This document shows, piece after piece, positions 18,639 through 32,838 of a stretch of 64,000 nucleotides of DNA; position 1 is the stretch's first letter; each line of letters opens with the position of its first letter. Below the pieces are notes generated by a model. The model searched no databases. It saw only the letters and a list, made by a program, of their open reading frames with translations, and was not told the origin of the DNA. Made by a program: the position numbers and the translations under genes. Source of the DNA: an uncultured Gemmatimonadales bacterium (GTDB lineage Bacteria; Gemmatimonadota; Gemmatimonadetes; Gemmatimonadales; GWC2-71-9); NCBI GenBank assembly GCA_963795085.1, contig CAWCFX010000002.1, positions 1-64,000 of the forward strand. The letters are read 5' to 3'.

Positions 18639-19961
18639 CGGAGGCAGGGTCGCATTCCAACGGGCGAGTGAGTCCTGCAACTCCGCCAGCATGCCCGGGT
18701 TGTCCCGGCGATGGTCGTGCTTTTCGCCCGGGTCGTTCCCCAGGTCGAAGAGATACTCCCGGTCTTCCACCTGGAGCAGCTTCCACCGCCCCCGCCGAAT
18801 CGCCTGTTGCTGCGGCTGGCCATTGTACCGCAGGGCAGGCTGCCGCCAGAACATGGTGCGTTCGGTCTCCGCCAGCCGCCCCCGCAGGTGGTCCCCCAGG
18901 TCCATGCCGTCCAGCGGGTAGCGTGGATCGGGTGAGACCCCGGCCGCCGCCAGGAAGGTCGCCGTCCAGTCGAGCGTGCTCGCGGCCTGGCGGGAGACCC
19001 GCCCGCCGGGAATGGTCCCCGGCCACCGCACGATGGCGGGAACCCGGATGCCCCCCTCCCACAAGGTGCCCTTCCCCTGCTGGTGCGGCCAGTTGAAGGA
19101 GTAACGCTCGCCCCCGTTGTCGCTGGTGAAGACGACCAGGGTGTCCCGCTCCCGCCGTGCCCGCGACAGCGCAGACAGCACCCGCCCGATGCCCGCGTCC
19201 AGGCTCTCCACCATGGCGCGAAACACGGCAGGCGAGCCTTCCATGCCCTCGAACCCCGCCTTGGTGGTATCGGTACGATGGTCCCCCGGTCCCTGCCAGG
19301 GCCAGTGCGGAGCGTTGTACTGGAGACTCAGGAAGAAGGGCTGGTTGTCCGGCCGGGAGATGACCTCCACCGCGCGGTCGGTGAGCAGGTCGGTGAGATA
19401 GCCCACCCGGTCCACCGTGACCATGCCTTCGTGCAGGTCCGGTTTTCCCAGGGCATCGGCGTGGGTGTAATAATCCACGCCGCCGCTCAGGAATCCGAAG
19501 AATTCATCGAAACCGTGTCGCAGCGGTCCGAACTCGGCGAGATAGCCCAGGTGCCACTTGCCGACCAGCGAGGTGCGGTAGCCGGCGGCCTTGAGCAGCG
19601 AGGGGAGGGTGGGGATGTCCGGGGAAAGGCCGTCGCGGTCGTTGACCCAGCTCATCGGCTGCTGCAGGGCGAGGGGAAGCCGGGCGGGGTAGCGCCCTGT
19701 CATGTACCCGCCCCGCGTCGGGGTGCAGACCGAGGCCGCCGAGTAGGCATCGGTGAAGCGGATTCCGCCGGCGGCCATCGTGTCGAGGTGGGGCGTGCCA
19801 TAATCCCGGCGCCCGTAGCCGCTCAGGTCGCCATACCCCAGGTCGTCCGCCATGATGAAAACGATGTTGGGCGGCCGGTGGGGACGGGGGAACCGGGGGA
19901 ACCCGGCGGCCGCCACCATGGCCCCGGTGGTCGCGAGGAACTCCCGGCGATCCAGGGTCAT
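18624..19961 (-). CDS. Arylsulfatase family protein, Tat-exported
   Basis: RREFL Tat motif, PNIVFIMADDLG, CTPTR and GKWHLG. Confidence 0.9.
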   Translation of the reverse strand: MTLDRREFLATTGAMVAAAGFPRFPRPHRPPNIVFIMADDLGYGDLSGYGRRDYGTPHLDTMAAGGIRFTDAYSAASVCTPTRGGYMTGRYPARLPLALQQPMSWVNDRDGLSPDIPTLPSLLKAAGYRTSLVGKWHLGYLAEFGPLRHGFDEFFGFLSGGVDYYTHADALGKPDLHEGMVTVDRVGYLTDLLTDRAVEVISRPDNQPFFLSLQYNAPHWPWQGPGDHRTDTTKAGFEGMEGSPAVFRAMVESLDAGIGRVLSALSRARRERDTLVVFTSDNGGERYSFNWPHQQGKGTLWEGGIRVPAIVRWPGTIPGGRVSRQAASTLDWTATFLAAAGVSPDPRYPLDGMDLGDHLRGRLAETERTMFWRQPALRYNGQPQQQAIRRGRWKLLQVEDREYLFDLGNDPGEKHDHRRDNPGMLAELQDSLARWNATLPPSVAE

Positions 19962-20275
19962 TCGCCGCCCTCCGGGCCGTAGAACATCACCCACACGGCC
20001 AGGTCGTCGGTGAAATCCTCGAACCGGTGCGGCACCCCCGCCGGAACGAAGAGCACATCGCCTGGCGCGAAGTGGACCCGCTGGTCGCCCTCGACGAAGG
20101 TCCCGCTGCCTTTGGCGACCACGTAGACCTCGTCCCTGGTGTGGGGCTGCTGGAGGTCGGTTTCCCTGGGCGCATAGAGCTCGACTTCGAGCGATCCATG
20201 CCGGAAGAGGGAGATGAACCGCTGCCCGGCAGGACTCGGCAGGCGTCGTTCGGAGTCGGGAAAGGAGAGATGCAT
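19958..20275 (-). CDS. Cupin domain protein
   Basis: QQPHTRDEVY.V..GSG and PGD.LFVPAGV.HRF. Confidence 0.85.
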   Translation of the reverse strand: MHLSFPDSERRLPSPAGQRFISLFRHGSLEVELYAPRETDLQQPHTRDEVYVVAKGSGTFVEGDQRVHFAPGDVLFVPAGVPHRFEDFTDDLAVWVMFYGPEGGE

Positions 20276-20451
20276 GGGATTCGAATGGGGCGGAGGCTGA
20301 ACCAGATACTACCCGCAGAATAATGCACCGGCCCGCGTGTTTCCGGTTACCACTCGGCGCGAAGTTCGCCCGATATTCCCTCTATAGGGGGCGGAGGCCT
20401 CAGGGGATGAGGAAGGGCGGACGGACAGGCGGAGGGTGGAAAGCAGGATTC

Positions 20452-20827
20452 CCCCGCCCGGTTTTCCCGCCCGGTTTGCCCGCCCAGTACGCCCGTCCTG
20501 TACGCCCGCCCGGTTTGCCCGCCCTGTTTGCCCGCCCGGTTTGCCCGCCCTGGTTTGCCCGCCCGGTTTGCCCGCCCGGTTTGCCCGCCCGGTTTGCCCG
20601 CCCTGTTTGCCCGCCCGGTTTGCCCGCCCGGTTTGCCCGCCCGGTTTGCCCGCCCGGTTTGCCCGCCCTGTTTGCCCGCCCGGTTTGCCCGCCCAGTACG
20701 CCCGTCCTGTACGCCCGCCCTGTCTGCCCGCCCGGTTTGCCCGCCGCGTTCGTCCGCCCTGTTCGCCCGCCCAGTTCGCCCGCCCTGTGGGCCCGCCCGG
20801 TTTCCCCGCCCTCTATGCCCCGCCCAG
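20452..20827. repeat. Degenerate 13-bp tandem repeat (GCCCGCCCGGTTT)n
   Basis: Visible tandem array directly downstream of ppdK. Confidence 0.9.
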
Positions 20828-20829
20828 TC

Positions 20830-23497
<2,668 letters not shown>

Positions 23498-23625
23498 TCC
23501 GAGTCGCTCATCATTAGGGGATGCCGGGGCGCTCGGCAGGCGTCCGGCGTGTGTGGTGCATATCCAGGCGGGTCAACCTCGGGCGTTCACAGAACGCCCA
23601 CCAGCAAACTAGCTCTCAGTACTCA

Positions 23626-23722
23626 ACTCTGCACTCTGGCACTCTGCACTCTGTACTCTGTACTCTGTACTCTGTACTCTGTACTCTGTACTCTGCACTC
23701 TGCACTCTGCACTCTGCACTCT
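23626..23722. repeat. Heptamer tandem repeat (ACTCTGY)n
   Basis: Abuts the purF stop codon. Confidence 0.9.
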
Positions 23723-25100
23723 ACACCCCCGCCGCGTGGCGCAGTTTGGCCAGCGTCTCCGGGATCTCGGTCGGATATTGCCCGCTGAAACAGGCGTGGC
23801 ACCAGGGGTTCAGGTTCCCCGCCGCACGGAGCATCCCGTCCAGGGAAAGGTAGCCCAGCGAGTCCACGCCCAGGTACTGGCGGATCTCCTCGACGGAGTG
23901 GGTGGCCGCGATCAGCTCTTCCCGGTTCGGGGTGTCGATCCCGTAGTGGCAGGGTCCGGTGATGGGCGGGGACGCAAAGCGGAAATGGACCTCCTTCGCC
24001 CCGGCCGCCCTGATCATCTGGACCAGCCCCTTGCTGGTGGTGCCGCGAACCAGGCTGTCGTCCACCACGACGCAGGATTTGCCGGCGATCACCTCGCGCA
24101 CCGGGTTGAACTTGATGCGGACCTTGGCCACCCGCAGGGCCTGGGTTGGGTTGATGAAGGTCCGGCCCACGTAGTGGTTCCGGATCAGGCCGTACTCCAG
24201 CTTGGTGCCCGATTCCTCCGAAAACCCCAGCGCCATGGCGTTGGAACTGTCGGGGACGCTGAAGACCACGTCGCCGGACGGGGCAGGGTGCTCCTTGGCG
24301 AGCTGGCGCCCCAGCTCCCGCCGCACCCGGTCCACCGACTCGCCGAAGATCTGGCTGTCAGGGCGGGAGAAATAGACCAGTTCGAAGACGCAGCGGCTGA
24401 CCGGCCGGGCCGCCAGCGGCGGCAGCTCCTCGATCCGGCCATCGGTAATGCGGACAAACTCGCCTGGCTGCAGTTCCCGGATCGGCGTCGCGCCCACCAG
24501 GTCGAAGGCGCAGGTCTCCGAGGCCGCCACGACTCCCCGGCCCAGCCGGCCCAGCCAGAGGGGACGAAACCCGCGGCTGTCCACCACCGCGTAGATGTCG
24601 CGGCCCACGGTGAGCAACAGGGTGGCGGCACCCTCCACTCGCTCCAGCGCCTCCCGGATCTGCTGTTCCGGCGTGCCGGCCTGGGAACGGGCGATGAGAT
24701 GGATCATCACCTCGGTGTCGGACGAGGTGGTGAAGATGGCGCCCTGGCTCACCAGCTCGCGCTTGAGTTCCACCGCGTTGGTGATGTTGCCGTTGTGGGC
24801 AATCGAGAGCGCGCCCTCGTGGTAGTTGACCAGGCAGGGCTGTGCGTTGGCCAGCACCGAACTGCCCGCCGTGGAGTAGCGGGTATGCCCGATCGCCACG
24901 TCGCCGGGGAGCCGGGAGAGATGTTCGTCGTCGAAATTCTCGGAGACGAGTCCCATCCCCCGGTGGGCATGGGTCCGCCCGTCGGCGTCAATCGAAATGA
25001 TGCCGGCGCTCTCCTGCCCCCGGTGCTGGAGGGCGTAGAGCCCGAGATACGTCAGCCGCGCCGCATCGGGCAGGCCGGAAACGCCGAAGATACCGCACAT
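23721..25100 (-). CDS. purF: Amidophosphoribosyltransferase
   Basis: MCGIFG, QHRGQESAG and VVVDDSLVRGTT. Confidence 0.96.
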   Translation of the reverse strand: MCGIFGVSGLPDAARLTYLGLYALQHRGQESAGIISIDADGRTHAHRGMGLVSENFDDEHLSRLPGDVAIGHTRYSTAGSSVLANAQPCLVNYHEGALSIAHNGNITNAVELKRELVSQGAIFTTSSDTEVMIHLIARSQAGTPEQQIREALERVEGAATLLLTVGRDIYAVVDSRGFRPLWLGRLGRGVVAASETCAFDLVGATPIRELQPGEFVRITDGRIEELPPLAARPVSRCVFELVYFSRPDSQIFGESVDRVRRELGRQLAKEHPAPSGDVVFSVPDSSNAMALGFSEESGTKLEYGLIRNHYVGRTFINPTQALRVAKVRIKFNPVREVIAGKSCVVVDDSLVRGTTSKGLVQMIRAAGAKEVHFRFASPPITGPCHYGIDTPNREELIAATHSVEEIRQYLGVDSLGYLSLDGMLRAAGNLNPWCHACFSGQYPTEIPETLAKLRHAAGV

Positions 25101-25135
25101 GCGCTAGAGTGAACTCCGCGTAAAGGCTTGAGAAT

Positions 25136-25357
25136 CAGTGGGTCAGTGGGTCAGTGGGTCAGCGGGCCACTGTCCCCCTGTCCCACTGTCCCCCTGTCCC
25201 ACCGTCCCCCTGTCCCACTGTCCCACTGTCCCACTATCCCCCTGTCCCCACTGTCCCACTGTCCCACTGTCCCACTGTCCCCCTGTCCCACTGTCCCCCT
25301 GTCCCACTGTCCCACCGTCCCACCGTCCCACTGTCCCACTGTCCCACTGTCCCACTG
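25136..25357. repeat. Opposed octamer arrays (CAGTGGGT)3 / (CCCACTGT)n
   Basis: Between purL and purF, abutting the purL stop. Confidence 0.9.
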
Positions 25358-27643
25358 TCACCCCATCCGCCTCGGGATCGCCTCGAAATACACCGCGCGA
25401 AGCGCCCCGATGGGCCGCTCGATCAGCGGTGTCCCCCGGGTAACAGTGAAGGCGCCGTTCTCGTTCCCCACGGTGCCCACGGCGACGGCCGGGACGCCGG
25501 CGTCTTTCGCCAGCGTCAGCAGCGCGTTCTCCCGGGCGGGCAGCACGGTCACCACCGCCCGCGCACCCGACTCCCCGAATAGTAAGGCATCGTCGCTGAC
25601 GGATTCCTCCGCGTACCCGGCCAGATCCACCGTCGCGCCGAGACCGGTGTCGTGGTACGGTCCCCGGAAGGCCGCTTCCGCCAGCGCTACCGCGAGCCCG
25701 CCGGTGGAGCCGTCGTGGGCCGACCGGAGCAGGCCCTGTTCGGCGGCGCGGACCAGCAGCAGCTGGAGATTCCGTTCCGCCTCCAGGTCCACCCGGGGCG
25801 GCTGCCCGCCGACGAAGTCCAGCACATCGGCCCAGTACGCCGACCCGCCCAGGGAGTCGCCGGCGGTATGACCCAGGATGACGATCCGGTCCCCCGGCGC
25901 GGTGAAGTGGCTGGCCACCCGGTGCGCGATGTTCCCGAGCAGTCCCACCAGGCCGATGGTGGGCGTGGGGTCGATCGCGCCGGTGGGGCTCTCATTATAG
26001 AAGGAGACGTTGCCGCCGGTGACCGGGATCCCAAAGGCGCGGCAGGCGTCGCTGATGCCGCGGCAGGCCTCCCGGAACTGGAAGAACACCTCCGGCTTTT
26101 CCGGGCTGCCGAAGTTGAGGCAATCGGTGATGCCAATGGGCGCCGCCCCCGTCACGGCCACGTTGCGAGCCGCCTCGGCCACCGCATGCTTGGCGCCTTC
26201 GTAGGGATCCAGCGCCAGCAGCCGGGCGTTGCAGTCCACCGTGACGGCGAGCCCGAAGTCGGTGTCCGCCACCCGGATCACGCCGGCATCGCCCCCGGGC
26301 AGGATGGCGCTGGCGCCCTGCACGGTGGAGTCGTACTGCTCATAGACCCACCGCTTGGACGCGATACTGGGCGTATCGAGAAGCGTCTCCAGTGCCTGGG
26401 CATAGTCGCCGGTCGGCTGTTTCCCGGGTCTGGAACCACGCACCCGACGCACCTCTGCCGATTCTGCGGCCTCCGGCGTATAGATCGGGCAGTCGTCCAC
26501 CAGCCGCTGGCCGGGGATCTCGGCCACCACGGTGCCGTGATGCCGGATCCGGAAAAGCCCGTCGTCGGTCACCCGGCCGATCGGGGTGGCGTTGAGTTCC
26601 CATTTAGCGCAGATGGCCTGGACCTTCTCGATTTGGTCCGGCTCCGCCACGACCAGCATTCGCTCCTGCGATTCGGAGAGCAGGATCTCGTAGGGCGTCA
26701 TGTCCGCCTCGCGGACCGGGACCCGGTCGGTGTCGATCTCCACGCCCACGCCGCCCCGCGCCGCCATCTCGGCGGAGGAGCTGGTCAGCCCGGCGGCGCC
26801 CATGTCCTGGATCGCGACGATGACCCGGCTGGAGATCAGTTCCAGCGTCGCCTCCAGCAGCAGCTTCTCGGTGAATGGATCGCCCACCTGCACCTGGGGC
26901 CGGCGTGCCTCGCTCTTGGCGGACAATTCTTCCGAGGCGAAACTGGCCCCGTGAATGCCGTCCCGGCCGGTCCGGGCGCCCACCGCGAGCAGGATGTTGC
27001 CGACGCCGTGGGCCCGGGCCGTGATCAGGTCCTCCTCTTTCAGGAGCCCGACGCACATCGCGTTCACCAGCGGGTTGCCGCTGTAGCCGGGCGCGAAGTC
27101 CACCTCGCCCCCCAGGGTGGGCACGCCGACGCAGTTCCCGTAGTCGCCGATGCCGCGCACCACCCCGGCGAAGAGGTAGCGGTTGCGGGGCTCGTCCAGG
27201 GGGCCGAAGCGCAGGCTGTTGAGCATGGCCACCGGCCGGGCGCCCATGGTGAACACGTCGCGCAGGATCCCGCCGGCGCCGGTGGCCGCGCCCTGGTAGG
27301 GCTCGACCGCGGACGGGTGGTTGTGGGACTCGATCTTGAAGGCGACCGCCCAACCCTGTTCCAGCCGGAGCACACCGGCATTCTCGCCAGGGCCCTGCAT
27401 CACCCGCTCGCCGGTGGTGGGAAAGGTCTTGAGGATCGGCTTGGAGTGCTTGTAGGAGCAGTGTTCCGACCAGAGCGCGGAGAACACGCCCAGCTCGGTC
27501 AGCGTGGGCACCCGGCCCAGGATTTCCTGGATACGCTCGTACTCCAACTCGTTCAGGTTGTGCTCCCGGACGACCTCGAGCGTGACCGGCCGTTCGCCGG
27601 GGAATGGAAACGCGCGGGTCGCCGAGTCGGTCGGTGAGGCCAC
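25358..27643 (-). CDS. purL: Phosphoribosylformylglycinamidine synthase subunit PurL
   Basis: [24 protein letters not shown] and LSESQERM. Confidence 0.96.
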   Translation of the reverse strand: MASPTDSATRAFPFPGERPVTLEVVREHNLNELEYERIQEILGRVPTLTELGVFSALWSEHCSYKHSKPILKTFPTTGERVMQGPGENAGVLRLEQGWAVAFKIESHNHPSAVEPYQGAATGAGGILRDVFTMGARPVAMLNSLRFGPLDEPRNRYLFAGVVRGIGDYGNCVGVPTLGGEVDFAPGYSGNPLVNAMCVGLLKEEDLITARAHGVGNILLAVGARTGRDGIHGASFASEELSAKSEARRPQVQVGDPFTEKLLLEATLELISSRVIVAIQDMGAAGLTSSSAEMAARGGVGVEIDTDRVPVREADMTPYEILLSESQERMLVVAEPDQIEKVQAICAKWELNATPIGRVTDDGLFRIRHHGTVVAEIPGQRLVDDCPIYTPEAAESAEVRRVRGSRPGKQPTGDYAQALETLLDTPSIASKRWVYEQYDSTVQGASAILPGGDAGVIRVADTDFGLAVTVDCNARLLALDPYEGAKHAVAEAARNVAVTGAAPIGITDCLNFGSPEKPEVFFQFREACRGISDACRAFGIPVTGGNVSFYNESPTGAIDPTPTIGLVGLLGNIAHRVASHFTAPGDRIVILGHTAGDSLGGSAYWADVLDFVGGQPPRVDLEAERNLQLLLVRAAEQGLLRSAHDGSTGGLAVALAEAAFRGPYHDTGLGATVDLAGYAEESVSDDALLFGESGARAVVTVLPARENALLTLAKDAGVPAVAVGTVGNENGAFTVTRGTPLIERPIGALRAVYFEAIPRRMG

Positions 27644-27957
27644 TACTTCTTTCCCTTCAGGGTTGACATGACATCGCCCAGGACCCGGCCCAGCAGGCCC
27701 TTGTCCTCGTGCGCCATGATCGTGTCCACCTCGCCGGCGTCAAACCAGATCCCGTTGCAGTCGGGGCAGCGGTCGATCTGGATGCCGTGGAAGCCCTCGG
27801 TCTTGAGGTCCTGGCCGCACTTGGGGCACTTCATGTAGTGCGATTTCCGTTCGCTGGCCTGGGCGGCCTTCGCGGCTTCGGCGCGCTGGCGCTCGAGCTT
27901 CTCCCGTTCCATGCGGGCGAAGTATTCGTCCTCGTTACGGCTGGGTTTGTCAGTCAT
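27643..27957 (-). CDS. zf-TFIIB-type zinc-ribbon protein
   Basis: MKCPKC...[15 protein letters not shown]. Confidence 0.8.
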   Translation of the reverse strand: MTDKPSRNEDEYFARMEREKLERQRAEAAKAAQASERKSHYMKCPKCGQDLKTEGFHGIQIDRCPDCNGIWFDAGEVDTIMAHEDKGLLGRVLGDVMSTLKGKK

Positions 27958-27978
27958 AAATCCATTCTGGTGTAGGGT

Positions 27979-28049
27979 TACTCAGTACTCAGCACTCAGT
28001 ACTCAGCACTCAGTCCTCAGTACTGAGTACTGGGTACTGGGTGCTGAGT
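27979..28049. repeat. Inverted heptamer arrays (ACTCAGY)n / (TACTGRG)n
   Basis: Abutting inverted arms that overlap the purQ 3' end. Confidence 0.85.
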
Positions 28050-28714
28050 GTGAAGAACCCGCGCCCGTCCGTGAGCCCCACCGCCGGGTCCGTGGCCCGG
28101 TCGGGGTGGGGCATCAGGCCGACCACGTTGCCGGCCGCGTTGCGGATGCCCGCGATGTCGTTGGCCGACCCGTTGGGGTTCTCGCCGCCGGTGGCGGGGG
28201 AGCCGTCGGGGGCCACGTAGCGCACCACCACCTGGCCGTTCGCTTCAAGCTCGCGCAGGGTGCTCTCGTCCGCGGTGAACCGGCCGTCGCCGTGAGCCAC
28301 CGGCAGCCGGATCACCTGGCCCTCGCCATAGGCGCTGGTAAAGGGGGTGTCGGTCTGCTCCACCTTGAGGTGCACCGGGCGGGAGACGAACGTCAGCCGC
28401 TCGTTTCGCATCAGCGCCCCCGGCAACATCCCGGCTTCGCACAGGATCTGGAAGCCGTTGCAGATGCCCAGCACCTTGCCGCCGGCGGCGGCGAACGTCT
28501 GCACCGCGTCCATGATGGGGCTGAACCGCGCGATGGCCCCGGAGCGCAGGTAATCGCCATAGCTGAACCCGCCCGGCAGCACCACCACGTCCGGGTCCTG
28601 GAGGTCGGTGTCCCGGTGCCACACGAAGTAGGACTCGTGTCCCGCCCGCCGGGCCGAGTGGAGCGAATCCCAATCGCAGTTGCTGCCCGGAAACCGCACC
28701 ACCGCCACGCGCAT
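28010..28714 (-). CDS. purQ: FGAM synthase glutaminase subunit
   Basis: FPGSNC, GGFSYGDYLR, GICNGFQ and GLMPHP. Confidence 0.95.
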   Translation of the reverse strand: MRVAVVRFPGSNCDWDSLHSARRAGHESYFVWHRDTDLQDPDVVVLPGGFSYGDYLRSGAIARFSPIMDAVQTFAAAGGKVLGICNGFQILCEAGMLPGALMRNERLTFVSRPVHLKVEQTDTPFTSAYGEGQVIRLPVAHGDGRFTADESTLRELEANGQVVVRYVAPDGSPATGGENPNGSANDIAGIRNAAGNVVGLMPHPDRATDPAVGLTDGRGFFTLSTQYPVLSTED

Positions 28715-28741
28715 CGAACCGCCTTTCACGAGGAGAGCGCT

Positions 28742-28987
28742 CTACTCGATCTCTACCAGATAGTCTTCGGTCACCGGGTTCGCCAGCAGCTTGTCGCACA
28801 TCCGGCGCACCCGCTGCTCGGCATCCTCCCGGCTACCGGCCTGGACCTGGACCTCGATCGCCTTGCCGATCCGGACGTTCTCCGCCTCGGTGAATCCCAG
28901 CGCGGCGAGCGCGTGTTCCACCGCCTGTCCCTGGGGATCCAGCAGGCCGGCCCGGGGCACGATCCGGATGTGGGCGCGATAAGTCAT
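28742..28987 (-). CDS. purS: FGAM synthase subunit PurS
   Basis: LDPQG and LLANPV.EDY. Confidence 0.93.
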   Translation of the reverse strand: MTYRAHIRIVPRAGLLDPQGQAVEHALAALGFTEAENVRIGKAIEVQVQAGSREDAEQRVRRMCDKLLANPVTEDYLVEIE

Positions 28988-29856
28988 GGCATCGTGTCCC
29001 TGCGGCGATCGGATACCCGCCGCATGTCGGGGAAATCGGTCACCGTCTCGGCGATGACCGGGTCGTCGTGGTCATCGTCATCCAGCTCGTCCTCGTCCTC
29101 GTCCTTGTCCCGTTCCAGCAGCCCCAGCACGGTGGCCCGGAGCAGCCCGTAGGCCATGTAGGTCATGCCCAGCGGGAACAGCACGTACTCGGGAATCGTG
29201 AGGCCGCCGATCAGGAGCGCCACGTTGAAGACCGTCCCCGCGATCCCCCTGACGCTGCGGAACCCGATGCCCGGAAACTTGGGATACCGGACATTGCTCA
29301 CCATCAGCGCGGAGAGCAGCAGGATCAGGATGACCAGGCCCTGCTTCTGCAGGTTCAGGTAGGCGAGGGACGCCTGGTACCAGTTGGTCTGGCTGAAGGC
29401 ATAGTAGGTGGCCAGCGTCATCCCCGCCGACGGGCTGGGGAGCCCGATGAACCAGTTGGAATGCGGCTTGCCATGGGCCAGGATATTGAAGCGAGCCAGC
29501 CGCACCGTCACCGCGACGACGTAGATGTAGCAGATGACCCAGCCGAACCGGCCCACCGACTGGAACTCGAGGAAGTACATGAAGACCGCCGGGGCCACGC
29601 CGAACGAAATCGCGTCCACCAGCGAGTCCAGCTCGGCGCCGAACCGGGTCCCGGCGTTGGCCCGCCGCGCGATCCGTCCGTCCAGCATGTCGAGGATCCC
29701 GGCGAATACCAGGAACCAGCCCGCCCAGATGAAATTGCCCTGGGAAGCGTTGACCATGCTCCAGAACCCGAAGAACAGGTTGCCGAGGGTAAAGGCGCTC
29801 GGCATCACGACCACCACGCCCCGCATGTTGGGGCGGAAGCGGGGCCGGCGGGGCAT
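28984..29856 (-). CDS. pssA: CDP-diacylglycerol--serine O-phosphatidyltransferase
   Basis: D.LDGRIAR...FG.ELDSLVDAISFGVAP; adjacent to psd. Confidence 0.9.
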   Translation of the reverse strand: MPRRPRFRPNMRGVVVVMPSAFTLGNLFFGFWSMVNASQGNFIWAGWFLVFAGILDMLDGRIARRANAGTRFGAELDSLVDAISFGVAPAVFMYFLEFQSVGRFGWVICYIYVVAVTVRLARFNILAHGKPHSNWFIGLPSPSAGMTLATYYAFSQTNWYQASLAYLNLQKQGLVILILLLSALMVSNVRYPKFPGIGFRSVRGIAGTVFNVALLIGGLTIPEYVLFPLGMTYMAYGLLRATVLGLLERDKDEDEDELDDDDHDDPVIAETVTDFPDMRRVSDRRRDTMP

Positions 29857-30485
29857 CAGGCCCATCGCGCGATCACCGTCACGCCCGCCACCGTGCGGTC
29901 GCCTTCGCGGACCAGGATCTCCGCCGCGGGAGGGAGGAACACGTCCACCCGCGAACCGAACCGGATCATGCCCATGCGCTCTCCCTGTTCCACGGCGTGC
30001 CCCTCCGGGTGATCGGTCACGATCCGCCGGGCGATGAGGCCCGCGATCTGGCGCACCAGGACCTTGCCGTGGGCGGTGCGGAGGCCCACCGAAGACTGCT
30101 CGTTCTCCAGGCTGGCCTTTTCCGCGGCCGCGTTGACGAACGAGCCGGGATTGTACTGCCGGTATTCGATGGTGCCGCTCGACGGATACCGGTTGACGTG
30201 GCAATCGAACACGTTCATGAAGATGGATACCCGCACGGCGTCGGCCTGGTGGAAGGCCGGTTCATGCAGCCGGAGCACGCTGACCACCTTGCCGTCCGCC
30301 GGCGCGATGATGAGCTGTTCGCCCCGCTCGCCGAAGCGGGCCGGGTCGCGGAAGAACGCCACCACCCAGATCGCGATGGGCAGCCACGCCAGCGCGAACC
30401 ACCAGAGCCGCGCCACCAGCAGGACAGCCAGGATGACGAACGCCGCGAGAATGAACCAGCGGCCCTCCGGGGCGGTGCGGATCAC
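29856..30485 (-). CDS. psd: Phosphatidylserine decarboxylase
   Basis: FFRDP, APADGKV, HVNR and IRFGSRVD cleavage motif. Confidence 0.92.
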   Translation of the reverse strand: MIRTAPEGRWFILAAFVILAVLLVARLWWFALAWLPIAIWVVAFFRDPARFGERGEQLIIAPADGKVVSVLRLHEPAFHQADAVRVSIFMNVFDCHVNRYPSSGTIEYRQYNPGSFVNAAAEKASLENEQSSVGLRTAHGKVLVRQIAGLIARRIVTDHPEGHAVEQGERMGMIRFGSRVDVFLPPAAEILVREGDRTVAGVTVIARWA

Positions 30486-31402
30486 GCGTCGTCCTCGAGG
30501 TCCTGTCCGGTAACCCGCCGGTAGGCGTCGAGGTAGCGGAGGCTGGTCGTCTCGACCACGTCGTCCGGCAGGGTGGGGCCGGGGGCCTCGCCGTTCCACT
30601 TGCCTTCCCTTTTGAGGACGGCCAGGTAGTCCCGCAGCGGCTGCTTGTCGAAGCTGGGCTGAGAGCGGCCTTCCTGGTAGCGGTCCGCCGGCCAGAAGCG
30701 CGAGCTGTCCGGGGTCAGGACCTCATCGATCAGCCGGAGCACGCCGTCCTTGTCGAAGCCGAACTCGAACTTGGTGTCGGCGATGATGATGCCCCGGGTG
30801 GCGGCATGGTCCCGCCCCGCCGTGTACACCTGGAAGCTGGCGTCCCGGAGCCGGGTCGCCGTGGGCTCCCCCAGCGCGTCGGCGACCTGGGCAAAGGTGA
30901 CATTGATGTCGTGGCCTTCCTCCGCCTTGGTGGCCGGCGAGAAGATCGGCGGGGCAAGCTGGGAGCTTTCCTGCAGCCCCTTGGCCAGCGGCTCGCCGGC
31001 CAGGGTGCCCTTGTCCTTGTACTCCGCCCAGGCCGAGCCGGTGATGTAGCCCCGGATCACGCACTCGAACGGCACCGGGGTGGTGCGGATGCAGAGCATC
31101 GCCCGGCCCGCCACCTGGTCGGCGAAATCGGCCAGGGCGGGGATCCGGTCGATGATCTCCGCGGTGCCCGCGGTGATGAAGTGGGACGGGATCACGTCCT
31201 TCAGCTTCTCGAACCAGAAGGCGCTGATCTGGGTGAGCACCGCGCCTTTCCTGGGAATCGGCTGGTCCATGACGACGTCGAACGCGCTGACCCGGTCGCT
31301 GGCGACCAGCAGCAGGTGATCGGCGTCCACTTCATAGACCTCGCGGACCTTGCCGCGGCGGAGCAGGGGGAGCGGAAGGCTGCTCCTGGCCAGTGTCTTC
31401 AT
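30482..31402 (-). CDS. purC: SAICAR synthase
   Basis: [23 protein letters not shown] and [12 protein letters not shown]. Confidence 0.95.
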   Translation of the reverse strand: MKTLARSSLPLPLLRRGKVREVYEVDADHLLLVASDRVSAFDVVMDQPIPRKGAVLTQISAFWFEKLKDVIPSHFITAGTAEIIDRIPALADFADQVAGRAMLCIRTTPVPFECVIRGYITGSAWAEYKDKGTLAGEPLAKGLQESSQLAPPIFSPATKAEEGHDINVTFAQVADALGEPTATRLRDASFQVYTAGRDHAATRGIIIADTKFEFGFDKDGVLRLIDEVLTPDSSRFWPADRYQEGRSQPSFDKQPLRDYLAVLKREGKWNGEAPGPTLPDDVVETTSLRYLDAYRRVTGQDLEDDA

Positions 31403-32838
31403 ACGGTCACCTGGTGAGTGTCGGCCAGCGCCGCAAGCGGCCGGGCCCGGTTGAGCAGGGGATGCAGGAATTCTTCGAGAAACTCGCCGACCTGTGCGGT
31501 GGCCCGCCCGGTGTACTTGATCGGGTCCAGTTCGGCCCGCAGGGTGGCGGCCGGGACCGCGGCGAAGGCGGGATCGCCGGCCAGGCAGTCGAGCAGGGTG
31601 TTGGCTTCGCCCCGGCTCACCGCGGCCGCGCAGGTCATGCTGTGCCCCCGCACGACCTCGTGCAGGGTCTGGCGGTCGCCGCCGGCCGCGACCCCCATCA
31701 TCAGCCAGCGCTCGGTGGCCATGAAGGGCATCTGCTGGTCCACGTGGCGGCGGATGGTTTCCTCCCGCACCTCGAGACCGGCCGCGATATTGGCGGCGAG
31801 GATCAGGATGGCGTCCACGGCCAGGAACGATTCCGGCAGGGTGAGCCGGCGGTTGGCGCTGTCGTCCAGGGTGCGCTCCAGCCACTGGGTCGCCGCGGTG
31901 TGGGCCGGGTTGGACTGCAGCGAGATGACGAACCGGGCCAGGGCGTTGATCCGCTCGGCCCGCATCGGGTTGCGCTTGTAGGCCATCGCGCTGGAGCCGA
32001 TCTGCTCCGACTCGAACGGTTCCAGCAGTTCGCCCTCGTGCTGCAGCAGCCGGAGGTCGTTCGCCATCTTGGCCGCCGATTGGGCGACCCCGCTCAGCGC
32101 GTCCACCACCTGGCTGTCGCCCTTCCGGGTGTACGTCTGCCCGCTCACCGGATAGGCCTGGCCGAATCCCATTTTGCGGCAGACCCGGCGGTCCAGCTCC
32201 CGCACCTTGTCGTGGTCGCCGCTGAAGAGCTCGAGGAACGAGGCCTGGGTGCCGGTGGTGCCCTTGCAGCCGCGGAACCGCAGGTGCTCCAGCCGGTGGG
32301 CCAGGTCCTCGACGTCCAGCGCGAAATCCAGCATCCAGAGGGTCGCCCGCTTGCCCACGGTGGTGAGCTGGGCCGGCTGGAAATGGGTGTACGCGAGGCA
32401 GGGGATGTCCCGGGTCCGGAGCGCGAAGGTCTCCAGCGCGTCGAGCACCGCGATGCAGCGGCCCAGCAGCAGCCGCAACCCGTCCCGCATGACGAGGAGA
32501 TCGGCGTTGTCGGTCACGTAGGCGCTGGTGGCGCCCAGGTGCAGGAAAGGCCGGGCCGCGGGCGCCTGGTCGCCGAACGCATGGACATGGGCCATCACGT
32601 CGTGGCGGAAGCGCCGTTCATAGCCGGCGACCTGGGCCAGGTCGGTGTCGTCGAGGTGGGCGCGCATCTCCGCGAGCGCCTGGTCCGGGATGGCCAGTCC
32701 GAGCTGCTGCTCATGTTCCGCCAGCGCGAGCCAGAGCCGGCGCCACACCCCGGCCCGGTGACGGTCGCCCCAGAGCCGCTGCATGGCGGGGGACGAGTAA
32801 CGGGTGCCGAGGGGAGAGCGGTAGCCGTCGTCGCTCAT
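31399..32838 (-). CDS. purB: Adenylosuccinate lyase
   Basis: RHDVMAH, HLGATS and [11 protein letters not shown]. Confidence 0.95.
   Translation of the reverse strand: MSDDGYRSPLGTRYSSPAMQRLWGDRHRAGVWRRLWLALAEHEQQLGLAIPDQALAEMRAHLDDTDLAQVAGYERRFRHDVMAHVHAFGDQAPAARPFLHLGATSAYVTDNADLLVMRDGLRLLLGRCIAVLDALETFALRTRDIPCLAYTHFQPAQLTTVGKRATLWMLDFALDVEDLAHRLEHLRFRGCKGTTGTQASFLELFSGDHDKVRELDRRVCRKMGFGQAYPVSGQTYTRKGDSQVVDALSGVAQSAAKMANDLRLLQHEGELLEPFESEQIGSSAMAYKRNPMRAERINALARFVISLQSNPAHTAATQWLERTLDDSANRRLTLPESFLAVDAILILAANIAAGLEVREETIRRHVDQQMPFMATERWLMMGVAAGGDRQTLHEVVRGHSMTCAAAVSRGEANTLLDCLAGDPAFAAVPAATLRAELDPIKYTGRATAQVGEFLEEFLHPLLNRARPLAALADTHQVTV

Noticed and set aside
23581..23599. Hairpin GGGCGTTC-ACA-GAACGCCC as an intrinsic terminator
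   Set aside because: No U-tract on either strand; function unsupported
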